This document shows positions 11,978 to 24,799 of a stretch of DNA of 64,000 nucleotides, piece after piece (the stretch's first letter is position 1; the number at the start of each line of letters is the position of its first letter). The stretch lies in the NCBI RefSeq assembly GCF_001194135.2, contig NC_069001.1, forward strand, positions 22,980,214 to 23,044,213, in the 5' to 3' direction. The position numbers and the translations under genes are program-made. Source of the DNA: Octopus bimaculoides. Taxonomy: Eukaryota. The notes under the pieces are model-generated. The model worked only from the letters and a program-made list of their open reading frames with translations. It searched no databases and was not told the DNA's origin.

Positions 11978-12298
11978 CCTTCAGTCATGAATGACCATGG
12001 GATTGCACATATAAAGTTCCCCTCCAAGACACAAGTCCAGGCAAGGTTGTTTGTGGAAGACCAGCTGTTGTCCATGTACACCAGCCTCCCCTCTCCACGC
12101 CACTGATGTTGTCTAAGGGAAAGGCAAAGGGGCCAAAAAGCTTGGCACCAATGATGTCACAACTCATCTCTACAGCTGAGTGAACTGGAGCAACATGAAA
12201 TAAAGAATCTTGCTCAAGAACACAACACACAGCCTGGTCTAAGAATCAAACTCACTACCTCGTGATTGTGAGCTTGATGCTCTAACCACTGAGCACCT
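11978..12298 (-). mobile_element. CORE-like SINE-C with tail type iii
   Basis: Head and CORE-like block (TGTGTTCTTGAGCAAG...GTTGCTCCAGTTCACTCAGCTGTAGAGATGAG) on the minus strand, then a tail ending ATCCCATGGTCATTCATGACTGAAGG. The same tail occurs alone at ~5488-5615. Confidence 0.75.
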
Positions 12299-12624
12299 TG
12301 GTGATTATTATTGGTTCTTGAAATGTACAATGTTTTTATTTTATTCCAGAGCTTGACCATGTTTGTAGCATAGCAAAATGAAATTTTCTTTGGAGTAATT
12401 GCTTAAAAGAATTATGATTAACAAAGAAAACCTGTTCTCAGTACCTGGAGTTATGCAATTAAAAAGGTTTATTTTACAGATTTATTTTATGTATTTATAC
12501 ACGTGACATTTTCCTTTTCAAATGGCTATAAAACACATATTACTTCAGAAGTAGTGTAACAACTAATTAGGAAATAACCACAATATAAAAACAAAATACT
12601 GAACAGAAATATAAAAAAAATGAA

Positions 12625-13033
12625 CAGGTGCAGGAGAGTAGCTGTGTGGTAAGTAGCTTGCTTACCAACCACCTGGTTCTGGGCTCAATCCCACTGTGTG
12701 GCACCTTGGGCAAGTGTTTTCTACTATAGCTAACCAAAGCCTTGTGAGTGGATTTGGTAGACGGAAACTGAAAGAAGCCTGTTATATATATGTGTGTGTG
12801 TGTGCGTGTGTGTGTGTGCGTGTGTGTGTGTGCGTGACTGTGCTTGTCCCCCCATCATCACTTGACAACCAATGTTGGTTTGTTTACATCCCAGTAACTT
12901 ATCAGTTTGGTAAAAGAGACCAATAGACTAAGTACTAGGCTTACAAATAATAAGTACTGGGGTCAATTTGTTTGACTAAAGGTGGTGCTCCAGCATGGCC
13001 ACAGTCAATGACTGAAACAAATAAAAGAATAAA
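12625..13033 (+). mobile_element. tRNA-derived SINE-A, full length
   Basis: Same head, body and tail as 10591-10986. Confidence 0.85.
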
Positions 13034-13306
13034 CTTAAATGAGTGTTAATACATAAAAATATTCCAAACAGTCTAACAGGTAGATAGCAATTCTAACAAC
13101 TACAACAGCAGTGGTAGCATTTGCAGCTTAAATCCCCTACCTAATAGCTGTGTTAATGCACATCTTGCCTCAGTTAGAGAACAAAAGTATTAGAGTTAAC
13201 AGTTCTTTGAAAAAGTAGTTGAGGGAATTCTGTAGGACCAAACAGTTTTTCTTTGTCACAAGCGCTAACCCGAGAAGGCAAGAGAGACAAAAAAGAAAAA
13301 TATATC

Positions 13307-13965
13307 TGTTATGAAAGGGAGAATAAGTTGTGTTTGTGTTAACTTAACTATGATTTTCTATGGTAAATGTGTGAAGCTGTTTACTTTTCTGGGTAACTAC
13401 TCTGTAATATTGTTTACTTTTCTGGGTAATCACTCTGTAATATTGTTTACTTTTCTGTGTAAGCACTTTGTAACATTGCATTATGTTAGAATGTCAGTGA
13501 ACATTCCAGAATTATGTTATGTGATAAATTACATGTTTCATATGGTCAAGTGATGTATGGGGCATGGGAGCATGGCTTACATAGCAGCCGGGAAGCAGAT
13601 TGGTTAAGAATAAAATTCTAGAAGTTACAAAGTCACATGACTGTTTAGATGATTCTAGATTAATGTGCAGGTATATAAAGAGGGCTATTCTCCATGTATA
13701 GGCAAATAGTAAGCAGAAGTCAGTTAGTGTGAAACTAATTAACAAAGAACTGCATTCCCCGAGATGTGTGTTTTGAAGACATCTAGGACTTCTCTGGGAA
13801 ATTTGGCTTTCTGGCCTAGTCTGAGGTTTCGTGCTGCTAACTTTTGCTGTTGGCACTGTGTTGGTACATATCTGTGTTAAAGCTAAAATGCAAGTGGAGT
13901 TGATTATTCCTCATGATCTAAATTTCTGGAGAAATTATCTGAACCAAAAGGGAGAAAAGATGACA
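13307..13965 (+). mobile_element. Probable solo LTR (659 bp)
   Basis: Starts TGTT and ends GACA. It contains three 33-bp tandem repeats (13378, 13411, 13444), a reversed CCAAT box (GATTGG, ~13598) and TATATAAAG (13672-13680). The TSD is only partial (ATATC vs CTATT). Confidence 0.5.
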
Positions 13966-14139
13966 CTATTTGCTGCACTTTCCTAAGTGGAAACTCAGCC
14001 AAAGCATAGAATGAAATTGTTTTAGACACGAGTACAACAGTACATTGTACCCAAGTAAATACGTTGAAGAAATATGAGAGTAGTGATAAGAGACACTGAA
14101 AATGATGTAGATTCATGGTTAGTCATCCCTTTTGTATGT

Positions 14140-14410
14140 GGAGGTGCATGGTTTAGTGGTTAGGGTATTCGATTTATGGTTGTAAGATTGTGGTTTCAAT
14201 TCCTAGACTGGGCAATGCATTGTGTTCTTGAGCAATGCATTGTGTTCTTGAGCAAAGCACTTCATTTCATGTTGCTCCAGTCCACTCAGCTGACAGAAAT
14301 GAGTAATCCTGTGATGGACTAGCATCTCATCCAGGTGGAGAATTTATACACCATGAAACTGGGAAACCAACCCTTATGAGCTGGAATGACTTGAAAAGGT
14401 AACATCACTT
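14140..14410 (+). mobile_element. CORE-like SINE-C with tail type i
   Basis: GGAGGTGCATGGTTTAGTGGTTAGGG head, GGTTTCAATTCC B-box, CORE-like block with an internal 20-bp duplication, tail GATGGACTAGCATCTCATCCAGG. Imperfect TSD CTTTTGTAT at 14129 and 14408. Confidence 0.8.
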
Positions 14411-15174
14411 TTGTATCGTAGTCTGTTCCAATGAGTGGCTAGAACAAGGTTAATAAGAGGTGACCATGTGAGCAAAGAATGCCAAAATGAATTCGCAAAT
14501 TCTAAGGATCCCTGAAGACCACAATGCCATGTTGGAACTGTGCCCTGTTGAAGTTATTGAGATCAAGGCCTTGAGACTGCTGATGAAGGGGAAAAAAACT
14601 TACTTGTTATATTTGTTGTGATAAGGATTTTCAAAGTTCCTTTTGCTCTAAAGAAATAAAAAGACTAGTCACCCCCCCCCCCTGCAAATGAATAGAAAAT
14701 AAAAAGAACAAAGACCGAGACAACAAAGACTCCAATTGCCAGAGCACTTTTAGCCAAAACAAATGAGCAACAACTGCAAACAGTAGTAGTATTCTATCTT
14801 CATGTGACATGCAAGAAATAAAGGCTTCAGAAGAAACTGTAAAAATCTTTTGAAGGAAACTGGTAACTAAAAGAAAAAAATAATTAAAAAAAGCCCCAAA
14901 GAAATAAATGCCAACATAAAGCAATAAAAACACAGGCAAGGAGGAACAATTTCTTCAAAACATCAACAGTATTCCTTCTCAGTAAAAATATTGTAAAACA
15001 AATTTTTTTTAAAGTGATGAGGAAAACAAAGGACAGTGATTCACCATCCCTAGAAATTCAAACAGACAACTCATCAACAAAATCCTATATCTTTGGTATC
15101 AGCAGCTTTCTGAGGAAATTGAGAAGTACAAGAAGAGTGATGTTTAGAATACAGGCAACTTGCAGAACATGGGT

Positions 15175-15450
15175 TCATCACCATCATCATTTAATGTCCG
15201 TTTTTAAATGTTGACATGGTTTTGACAGTTTGCCTGAAGATGGTTATCCAGAGAGCTCCAGTCTGCTTTGGCTTGGTTTCTACAAGCTGGATGTTCTTCT
15301 TAATGCCAACCATTCCATAGAGTGTACTGGGTGTCTTTGATCTATCACCAGCATGGATACTTTTAATGTGTCACTGGCATGGGTGCCTTTTAGGTGACAC
15401 TGGAACAGGTGCCTTTTACTTGTCTCTGGCACTGGCCATGGCCACAGTTT
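15175..15450 (-). mobile_element. RTE-type 3' tail
   Basis: (CAT)n TTTAATGTCC...GCTGGATGTTCTTCTTAATGCCAACC. Confidence 0.7.
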
Positions 15451-15544
15451 CACTTAGCTCTTGATTATTAGTAAAAAAAATCAAAGACATTATAATGAAT
15501 TAAAATAGTATCCTGAAATTGCTGTTTTCCAACTATTATCTATA

Positions 15545-15910
15545 GTCAGTTGTTGCAACTATGACTTCATGCCTTTGGCATGACTTGACAAGCTTGCTCC
15601 ATACTGGTCAGTTTTTTCACTTAGGTTTGCCATTTATGATTCCAATCAAATTCCTTTCCACCCCATGTTTCTTTTTGCAATATCTTTGAATCTCTAGATC
15701 CTCCATGGTTTCTTTTCCCCTTGCATAGTTGAGAGTAAAGGATTTGTGTGGAGAATCTGTTGTTGTCCATCCTGTGTACACATACCAATCAACGTAAATT
15801 TCTATCACTGATTATTTCCATCATTGGAGACAAACCAGCACACCATAGGATCTCTTCATTCCTGATCTTGTCAAAGAGAACAATATTCGTAATTCGTCGT
15901 CGCTGTATTT
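15545..15910 (-). pseudogene. RTE-clade LINE ORF2 C-terminal fragment
   Basis: The minus strand gives ...DKIRNEEILWCAG...RNLRWLVCVHRMDNNRFSTQILYSQLCKGKRNHG, matching the RTE motif LRWxGHVxRM..R.PKQILY.QL..GKR..G. Confidence 0.65.
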
Positions 15911-16806
15911 TTTCAACTACCACCTACTAAAAATAATGTTATATGCCATTTTTGTTTACACAAGAAAACAATACAAAGATTGCTTCACAGGTAAAGTCAT
16001 GTGGTCTTCTAACCTGATCAAGTCAATAAACTTTTATGTCTTATCTATTTTAATTATAGCTTGTTTTAATTATTGTGTTTTATCACACATAATTTATTTC
16101 TGTTCAAATACTAATGCTTTTAAAATCTTAATTTCGTCTATATGTTGTATAACGACTTTCACCCACTTCTCTCGTCTTTGTCTAATTTGTCTGTCACACC
16201 CCAAACTTTTTCTTTGTAAACATCCTAGCAAACCATTTTATATTCTTTTTTTTTGTGTCTCTTCAAGCTCTACTAGCTAATAATGAAAAGATAATCATCA
16301 TTGTTGTCATTGTCATCATTATCATTGTTGTAGTTGTCATCATCATCATCAACATGATTAAAAAGTGGAAGCATCTTGAACCTAAACACTGAATTCTCTG
16401 AATCCATTTATCAATCTGAGTGTTCAATTTATTTGTCTGAGTGTTCAACTCATTTAAACAATCAGACACATATAATTAAGAGTTACAAATCAAGAAACTG
16501 CAGATTTTAGTAAAATATACACTCCTTTATGTTTTGGATGTTTCTTCTCTTTTTATTAATTTCTCTCTCTATTTCACTCTGTCTCTTTATTCCTATACAC
16601 ACAGATGCACATTCATCATCATCATGATCGTTAAAACATCCACTTTTCTATGCTTGAATATGTCAGCTGGATTTTGTTGTGACAGATTTTCTATGGCTGA
16701 ATGCTCTTCCTGTTGTCAAACCTCACCTATTTCTATATGAGGTTATATTTCCCATGACAAACATGGTTTCATAGAACATTGAAAACAGGCACACATACAC
16801 ACATGT

Positions 16807-16843
<37 letters not shown>

Positions 16844-16908
16844 ATGAGCTTCTTTCAGTTTCCATCTACCAAATCCACTCACAAACCTTTCATATATATA
16901 TATACATA

Positions 16909-17114
16909 CAAGGAGGTGCAGAAACGTTCCTGGCTTTAAGGGTATCGTGAAAGACCTTGTTGGATGCTAAATCTTCTAAGTTCTTTTACAGTGATTAAGA
17001 AAATGAAAGGACCACTGCAATAAGTGTGAATCTGAGAGGAAAATATGTTGAATAAAACCATTATTATCTGATCCTCCTGTATTTTCTTTTACACAAGCTA
17101 GGAACTTTCGAGCA

Positions 17115-17122
<8 letters not shown>
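16909..17122 (-). mobile_element. Mariner-type MITE, second copy of 9642-9857, next to a SINE-A remnant (~16740-16890)
   Basis: TIRs CAAGGAGGTGCAGAAACGTTCCTGG / CTAGGAACTTTCGAGCACCCCCTCG. The internal sequence is the reverse complement of the 9642 copy. Confidence 0.75.
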
Positions 17123-17175
<53 letters not shown>

Positions 17176-17559
17176 CCCTTGTCTTCATATCTATTTGCAA
17201 GATGTAAACAATGGCATCAGAGATGATGTCAAACTGTGTTGTTTGCTGGCAGTCCACTGCAAAAGCATATCAAGGTTTCTGGATGTTTTGTAAGATCTCT
17301 GTAATCAACAGTCTCATTCATACAGTGTCATTTGTTTCCAGTTCGCTATGTTTTTGTTTCATTGACTGAGAGAATATTATTTCTCTTTGAAACAGGTGGG
17401 ACTTGACATCAGGTAAGGCATTCAGAGAAAATTCTGCCCCAAAGTACTTTCAGGTGACTTATGCAAGTGTGGAAAAGTAGATAGGAAAACGATAATGCAG
17501 GAGCCATATTCTGGTGCCTATATGCATATAAATCTAGACAGAAGAGCTTCATTTCATTG

Positions 17560-17795
17560 GCATGGTTTTGTGGTAAGATCTTTGCTTCCCGGCCACATGA
17601 TTCAGGGTTCAATTCTACTGTGTGGCCCTTTAGGCAAGTGTTTTCTACTAATAAATCCTTGAGTTAACCAAATCTTTGTGATTGGATTTGGTAGACAGAA
17701 ACTGAAAGATGTCCATCATGTGTGTGTGTGTGTTTGTATCTGTGTTTATCTCCTACTACTGCTGTTGTTGGTATGTTTACATCCCTATAACTAGC
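17560..17795 (+). mobile_element. SINE-A, 3'-truncated
   Basis: Head GGCATGGTTTTGTGGTAAGATCTTTGCTTCCC and body up to the internal (TG)n. Confidence 0.7.
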
Positions 17796-17922
17796 AGGGA
17801 CATAAACCTTTCTAAGACTGTTATATTTTGTAGGAGATAACAGAATAACCAATTTATTTCTTTGTCAGTTCATAGTATATTTATATATGAACTACTCATT
17901 ATATCAACATATGCTTTATATT

Positions 17923-18390
17923 CAGGTTCTCCCAGAATTAGCTATTTCAATGAAATCAGACAATTTTTTTAAAAAACGCTCACTTTTATTTAAGCTTATC
18001 ATATTTAATATGTATCAAAAGTGTATAGATTTTTATTTTGTTTATAATTTTATAATTCTTTAAAAATTTTTATAATTTTATTTTCATTACTCTTGGATCC
18101 TTCTTATCTGTCCACTACAGCCATTTTTTCAATTTGGCTGCAATCATTTTCTCTATCTCGATTTTAAAGATGGTGCAATAGTTTCATTTAGCAGAGCAGG
18201 TGAAAACTCCTGAAATGCTTCAAAATGTGTTTCGGATAGATTTGAAATCGAAAATTTTCAAGATTTGATGTAAAATTTATAAACCTATTTGTTTTGGTAT
18301 CATGATTAAGTAATAACCATAAAATTTTGTCAGTTTTTTTTAAATTTGCCCAATTTCATCAAAATAGATAGTTAATTCTGGGACACCCTG
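17923..18390. mobile_element. Tc1/mariner-type MITE (468 bp)
   Basis: TIRs CAGGTTCTCCCAGAATTAGCTAT / ATAGTTAATTCTGGGACACCCTG. TA follows the right end. Confidence 0.75.
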
Positions 18391-18779
18391 TATATAGAGC
18401 AGTTGTCGATATTATGTATATTGTGTGGCTGAGCAAATAACTGTCTGTTATTCAGTAATGCCTTATGTTAAGTCAACAAGATAACTTTATCTCTTATGAG
18501 ACAAAATGCTGAATATTCTATATTTTCTTTGAGACGTATATACAAAATCTCCGTACCTCCTACTTCTTTAATTCACATAGCTATAAGTATAGCCATAGCA
18601 CTGACTAAATTTTGTGTTATTGTACATTCTGAATGATTAAATATCTATGAATTAACAGAGGTACAGGCAAAGGGTTGATGTAATATGTACCTGTTGATAT
18701 AAGATGTATCTCAGATCAATGTAAACAACAAACTTCCTCCTTCCGAAACAGCTGGTCTTGTGCAAAAATTCTAAATTCT

Positions 18780-19055
18780 GTTTCTAAAATTATAAGTGAA
18801 AGGCACTTGAGCTTTGTAGGACATTTCTGGTAAGCTAAACAAGAGAGCTGGCAAGTGACCTACTGTTATGGATGCAAAAGCATGGCCATAGTCAAGCTGG
18901 TCATCCATACACAACATTTGTGGATCAACTCACCAGAGATACCGGATGTCTCCCCAAAGACTTCCCTCAACTAATGCAGGACTGAGGTGGACGGTGTATG
19001 TAAGTTAAAAATGTCTGAGCAAGCTTGACCAGGTGATGATGATGATGATGATGAT
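18780..19055 (+). pseudogene. 3' end of an RTE-like LINE (different family) with (GAT)n tail
   Basis: Reads (with a stop and frameshift) ISERHLSFVGHFW...ASDLLLW..KHGHSQAGHPYTTFVDQLTRDTG..., the RTE-type C-terminal pattern RL.F.GH...LW....G.R..GRP..T..D.L..DTG, then GACCAGG(TGA)n. Confidence 0.65.
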
Positions 19056-19418
19056 TGCTGTCTGAAATGAGTTTTAGTAGGCAAGAGCTTTTGGATAGAA
19101 GTTCTGATGGAAGATATCTGCTTGTCTCAACATGTAAACACAGAAAATAGAGCTTAAAGAAGCATGGAGTTGTCAGTTCAATTCTAGCAACTTCCATATC
19201 TGATCGAGAACACGGAATAATAAGAACAGCCATCTGGTGTGCAAAAATGTTTGGGATGATCTGATTGATTGATTAATTGAAGTGTGAGAGATAAAGTGGG
19301 AGGTGAGAGGGGGAGTGATGTTGGGGACAAAGATAAGAAAAGAAAGAGAGATACAGTGAAAGAGAAAAAGAGTAGCCAATAGGAAAATAAGAAACTATGA
19401 ATATGAGAGACTGTATGT

Positions 19419-19452
<34 letters not shown>

Positions 19453-20164
19453 AAATAGGATGAAACAGAAAGAGAAAAGGAGAGTTAAAGAAAGAGAAAG
19501 ATATTAAAGGCAAATGACTTACGAACAGGAAACTTAAAAGAAATGAACCTGAAAGACTGGCAGAGAGAGGGGGGGGGCGGGAAGATGAAAAAGAGACTGA
19601 AAGAAAGGAAAGCAGAGAATTTGACACTTAGAACTGATGGCGTATTTAGGAATCTTGTTTTACTTTTCACTAACACTTCAACTCTGTGTTTCTACTTTCT
19701 CCCCACAGACTTTCTCCCCACAGACTTTTTCCATCCTCTCTCTTAACACCTCACAGTTTTATCCCAAAGGAAAGGGAAGGGCTAACCCTTCTTTTTTCTT
19801 TTTTTTTGCCTTTGTTCACACATTATCCTTGGATGCATCTGGACTTCCATGACAAATCTGATAACATTTTCCTTCAGAAACTATTGTTTTGAGACAAAGC
19901 AAGTTTCATGTTTATTACTTTTATTATATAGATAGGTAGAGTGATGACTAGATGTATGATATACAGCCATCATGGTATCAGCTATTTGGCTATTTGCTTG
20001 AAATAGCTGTTGACTCACCCTCAAATCATATCAAATTGTCTTTGAAAATTAAAGGACATATTTGATAAGGTAGTATAAGATATTCTTTAAAAAGCATGGT
20101 GGTCATGGTCGAAATGCGTTTGATCATAAATATAATTGATTGTTAGGTCTCACAATGACAATAA

Positions 20165-20460
20165 CATGTAATAGAGTCCTTTGGTGATTTGCTGTGCTTG
20201 GGAAGACTCATCAGGCCAAGTGAAGTCATAGTTGTGGCTGGTGCTGGTGACATGTAAAAGCATTTGTGCCAGTGACATGTAAAAAGAACTCACTACACTC
20301 TATAGAGTGGTTGGTGTATGGAAGGGCATCCAGCCATAGTAACCAAGCCAAAACCACACTTGAACCTGGTATAGTCCCTCGGCTTACCAGTTCCAGTCAA
20401 AGTGTCTGACCCATGCCAGCATGAAAAGTGGACACTAAATGATGATGATATTGATGATGA
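20165..20460 (+). mobile_element. RTE-type 3' tail
   Basis: GAGTGGTTGGTGTATGGAAGGGCATCCAGC...CCCATGCCAGCATGAAAAGTGGACACTAAA(TGA)n. Confidence 0.8.
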
Positions 20461-20501
20461 GAGTTGTACCTGGGCAAATAAACAACAAGCAACTAGTTTA
20501 A

Positions 20502-20670
20502 CCCTTAAGCATTTAATCTTGCCATATCCAGCTCAAATAGTCTACTTGTTATAAATTCAAACCTGCCAGATCTAGCTTCTCACACCTGTCCTACAATGTC
20601 ATTCTAAAAGTAAACAATCACATCATTTGAAATCTAGAGCTACAAAAGATAATGCAGGATTCATTCAAAA
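20502..20670 (-). mobile_element. piggyBac-type MITE, partial (inverted homologue of 26574-26795)
   Basis: TTAA|CCCTTAAGCATTT terminus. The other end is lost at the adjacent SINE-A. Confidence 0.6.
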
Positions 20671-20684
20671 CAATAAGCTTAGGC

Positions 20685-20831
20685 ACAGGTGTGGCCATGT
20701 GGTAAGACGCTACATGGTTCTGGGTTCAGTCCAACTGCATGGCACCTTGGGCGAGTGTCTTCTACTATTGTCACAGGCCAACCAAATCCTTGTGAGTGAA
20801 TTTGGTAGATGGAAACTGAAAGAAGCTCGTC

Positions 20832-20863
<32 letters not shown>

Positions 20864-21300
20864 ATATATAAGTTCAAAAAAACAACAAAGTGAGGACGTG
20901 ATATGGATAGTATTATTGGACGCTCAGGAAAGGAAAGAGAGAGTGCATGACGTTTCGGGCGTAGCCCTTCGTCGGAAAGATGGAAGGTTCGGAGAATGGA
21001 AGAACGGAGAAAGAGGAAAATGGTACCGATGCCCACGAGGTTATATATATATATATACATGTGTGTATGTGTGTGTGTGTCTTTGTGTCTGTGTTCATCT
21101 TCACCATCACAATTTCACAACTGGTGTTGATATGCTTACATCTCTGTACTCTAGCAGTTCACCAAAAGAGACCAACAGAATAAGTACAAGGCTTTATAAA
21201 ATAAGCTCTGGTGTCGATTTGTTCAACTAAAAACCCTTCAGGGCAGAGCTCCAGCATGGCCACAGTTAAACGACTGAAACAAGTAAAAGAATAAAGGAAT
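20685..21300 (+). mobile_element. SINE-A interrupted in its (TA)n tract by a Penelope-like fragment
   Basis: Head at ~20685, (TA)n at 20832-20870, foreign insert, (TA)(TG)n, then the SINE body and tail resume. Confidence 0.8.
20870..21039 (-). mobile_element. Penelope-like pLTR fragment with hammerhead-like motif (20948-20976)
   Basis: Minus strand TTTCCGACGAAGGGCTACGCCCGAAACGTCA: core CCGACGA, stem II GGGC/GCCC, GAAAC-GTC. Confidence 0.65.
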
Positions 21301-22323
21301 AACATTCGATAAGTAATGTGAATGTTAAACTGGAAAAAACTGGAAAAAAACTGGAAAAGAAAAGAGTTTTGTGAGAAATCTTTGGAACAAGCGTTAACAA
21401 CAATAGTTTTGTAACTGCTATAGTATTTAATGTGCAAAACATTAAATGCTAACTGGAGAAAATTAATTATAATTATTGTTAAAAACTAACTTGATATAGA
21501 AAGATATTTATTACTAGTACAAATCTAGTGTTGCAATATTAATGTGAAAGTGAAAGTTTATATCTGATGAATTTGCTAGACATGTAAATTATATCAACAT
21601 GCTTATGGCTTTTGATTATCGTCAATTTACAAAAGCTTTATTATTGCAACTAACTAAATGTTTGATTCTGCTCTGAGGACCATAATTGCCTATGATATAA
21701 TATCTGGGAACACCTCAGTTTCCATACATACATATATAATCAGAAACACACACACATACATACAGACCAACAAGCATGTATACACATAGACACGTTCATG
21801 CAATCATTGGCTTGTAGCCATGATGATGCTAATGCAATACCTACTGGTTTTAATTAATCATAAGCCCCCAAGTACTCATATCAGTCTGGTACTTACTTCA
21901 GCAATCTCAATTTGTTGAATGGTTAAATTTATGTATTTTGACATAAAGTGATTGTTTGTGATATAAAGATAAACCTTGCAGCAATATTTATTTCTAGCTT
22001 TACTATTCATATCTTCAAGGTCAATACAGAAAGTACCCTTTGAGAACTGATAGCTCTCAACAGGTAGCTCTCTCTGCCACCTGTTGTGACACTTTCAATG
22101 TTGCCCTTTGTCAAGGGGGCATGGCAGAGGTGTGGAAGTTTCTCTGTAGCTGCACATGGCTACATGGGGGGGGGGCTAAAATAATTGAGAAAACGTTGTA
22201 CAGGCTTTAAGCTCATTTCTATGCCATAAACAGATACTCTGTAGGTGAATAAGCAGGTAGATAGTTAGGTGGTAGGTAGATAACTAAGCAAGCAGACACA
22301 CAGACAGACAGAGCAGCAGACCA

Positions 22324-22355
<32 letters not shown>

Positions 22356-22461
22356 GGAGTCTGATGGATGGAGGGATGGACAGATAGATAGATAGATAGG
22401 TAGATAGGTAGCCTGATGGAAGGATAGAGAGAGAGAGAGAGAGAGAGAGGTACACACATAG

Positions 22462-22840
22462 GCACAGGCATGACTGTTTGGTAAGAAGCTTGCTTCTCAA
22501 TTGCATGGTTCTGAGTTCACTCCTTGACACCTTGAGCAAGTGTCTACTATAGCTTAAGGTTGATTGAAGCATTGTGAGTAGATTTGGTAGACAGAAACTG
22601 AAAGAAGCCTATCGTATATGTGTGTGTGTGTGTGTGTGTGTTTGTCCCTCACCACTGCTTGACAACTGGTGCTAGTGTGGTTACATCTCTGTAACTTAGC
22701 AGTTTGACAAAACAGACTTGACAGAATTAGTACCAGGCTTAAAAATTGTGTAAGTACTGGGGTCGATTAGTTTGACTAAAATTCTTCAAGGTAGTTCCCC
22801 AGCATGGCCACAGTCTAATGACTGATAAAAGATAAAAGAT
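22462..22840 (+). mobile_element. SINE-A, full length
   Basis: Head, internal (TG)n and tail are all present. Confidence 0.8.
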
Positions 22841-22849
22841 ACATATACC

Positions 22850-22911
<62 letters not shown>

Positions 22912-23184
22912 AAAAAAACGATAGGTACCATATTTCTTGAGTGATGTAAGAAATTGAATACACAACAAGATCAAAACTGGGTGGCAAACATTTGAGTGCC
23001 AAAATAAACAAACAAACAAATAAATGAATGAAGGAATAAATAAATAAATCTGACTAATATATATTACTACTTTTTAGATAGAAAAATGGAAGTTGCATTG
23101 AGATTTCACTGCATTCAAGTAAATAGTGTGTCCGTGTGTATACATATGTGTCCATGTCTGTGTTCATGTTTATATTTATCTTTG

Positions 23185-23500
23185 TGAAGGCACGTGGTTT
23201 AGTGGTTAGGGTATTCGGCTTGGGATCATACGTTTGTGAGTTCAATTCCTGGTGGTGCATTGTGTCCTTGAGCAAGATACTTTATTTCATGTTGCTCCAG
23301 TCCACTCAACTGGCAAAAAATGAGTTGTACCTGTAAATCAAGGAGACAGTCTTGTCACACTCTGTGTCACGCTGAATCTCCTTGAGAACTACATTAAGGG
23401 TATGTGTGTCTGTGGAGCACTCAACCACTTGCACGTTAATTTCATGAGCAGACTGTTCTGTTGATTGGATCAACTGTATCCCTCATCATCATAACAGACA
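23185..23500 (+). mobile_element. CORE-like SINE-C with tail type ii
   Basis: GAAGGCACGTGGTTTAGTGGTTAGGG head, GAGTTCAATTCC B-box, CORE-like block, tail GTCACACTCTGTGTCACGCTGAATCTCCTTGAGAACTAC. Homologous to 30757-31070 and 31256-31550. Confidence 0.8.
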
Positions 23501-23735
23501 GCGGGCTAGTTATAGTTATCTTTACCCCAGATATTAAAGGCAGTAATATTTTAGTGCTGCATCCATTTATGCCCTATGACATAGTGGTTTGACAAATGAC
23601 ATTGATAAAATAGAATGAAACCGCAGTTATCACTGGAATTGATACGATCCAACCACTAAAGCTTTAAAGCTGGTGCCCTAACCATAGCCACAGTTCAATA
23701 AGTGGAACCAATAAATGAGTGAAAGAATCTAATTA

Positions 23736-23894
23736 AGGTGTGGCTGTGTGGTGAGAAGTTTACTTCAAGACCACATGGTTCTGGGTTCAGCGCCACTGTG
23801 TGGCACCTTGGGCAAGTGTCTTCTACTACAGTCTCAGGCTGACCAAAGTCTTGTAAGTGGATTTTGTAGACAGAAACTGAAAGAAGTCCATCAG

Positions 23895-23948
<54 letters not shown>

Positions 23949-24170
23949 CTTTATGTTTGTGCTTGTCTCCCACCGGTGCTTGAGAATCAGTGTTGGTGTC
24001 TTCATGTCCCCATAACTTAGCAGTTAAGCAAAAAGATATCAATAGAATAAATATGAGACTTAAAAGAATGTAAGTACTGGAGTTGATGCATTTGATTAAA
24101 AAATTCTTGAAGGTGGTGCCCCAGCATGGTCGTAGTCTAATGACTATAACAAGTAACAAATAAAAGATCA
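23736..24170 (+). mobile_element. SINE-A, full length
   Basis: Head, internal (TA)n(TG)n and tail. Confidence 0.8.
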
Positions 24171-24768
24171 GGCATTATATTTTCTCTTTCCTGATTTCCA
24201 TCAATTTTTATAGTCAAACATAGGTAGAAATGATATTTCTTTCTTTAACAGCACAAATCTACTTTCCATTACATTCAATTAGAAGCACTCAGCTATGAGT
24301 TAGGAGTAGAGCATGTATCAACCAAGCAAACTGAGCCAAACAGAATTACATACCTTGATTAGATACTTGCTTTACAGATTAAAATCATACCTGCAATTAA
24401 AGTTGTTCTGACCATAGCCATCCCATCTTGTCTTTTCAAAGAACAAAACAGTTTTATTGTTTACATATAATGAAAAATTTCTTTCCTAACAATAGGAAAA
24501 TGAGACATCTTTCCATAATATTTAATTTCAAAAACCTTCATTTAAATTTTTTTTTATTTCAGGATCTAATGTCCATGAGGTGTACACAAAAAAACAAGCA
24601 TTAAAATGTTGAAATCGGTTAGATAAAAATGCATTAATAGTTTTGGTCTTGGTTCTCTTCCAGAACATACTTTTTACAAAAGAAATATTTAAGACGCAAA
24701 ACAGCAAACAGAGAAACAAAATGTTAATCCCATAAATAAAAGTATTTTGTTAAGAAAGAAAGAAAAAT

Positions 24769-24799
<31 letters not shown>

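Noticed and set aside
15010-15160. Protein-like frame DEENKGQ*FTIPRNSNRQLINKILYLWYQQLSEEIEKYKKSDV*
   Set aside because: It has an internal stop, no usable acceptor after it and no family match that I can recognise; possibly an old TE remnant but unsupported.
19686-19730. Tandem 15-bp TTTCTCCCCACAGAC resembling duplicated splice acceptors
   Set aside because: No convincing exon or donor follows; most likely a local slippage duplication.
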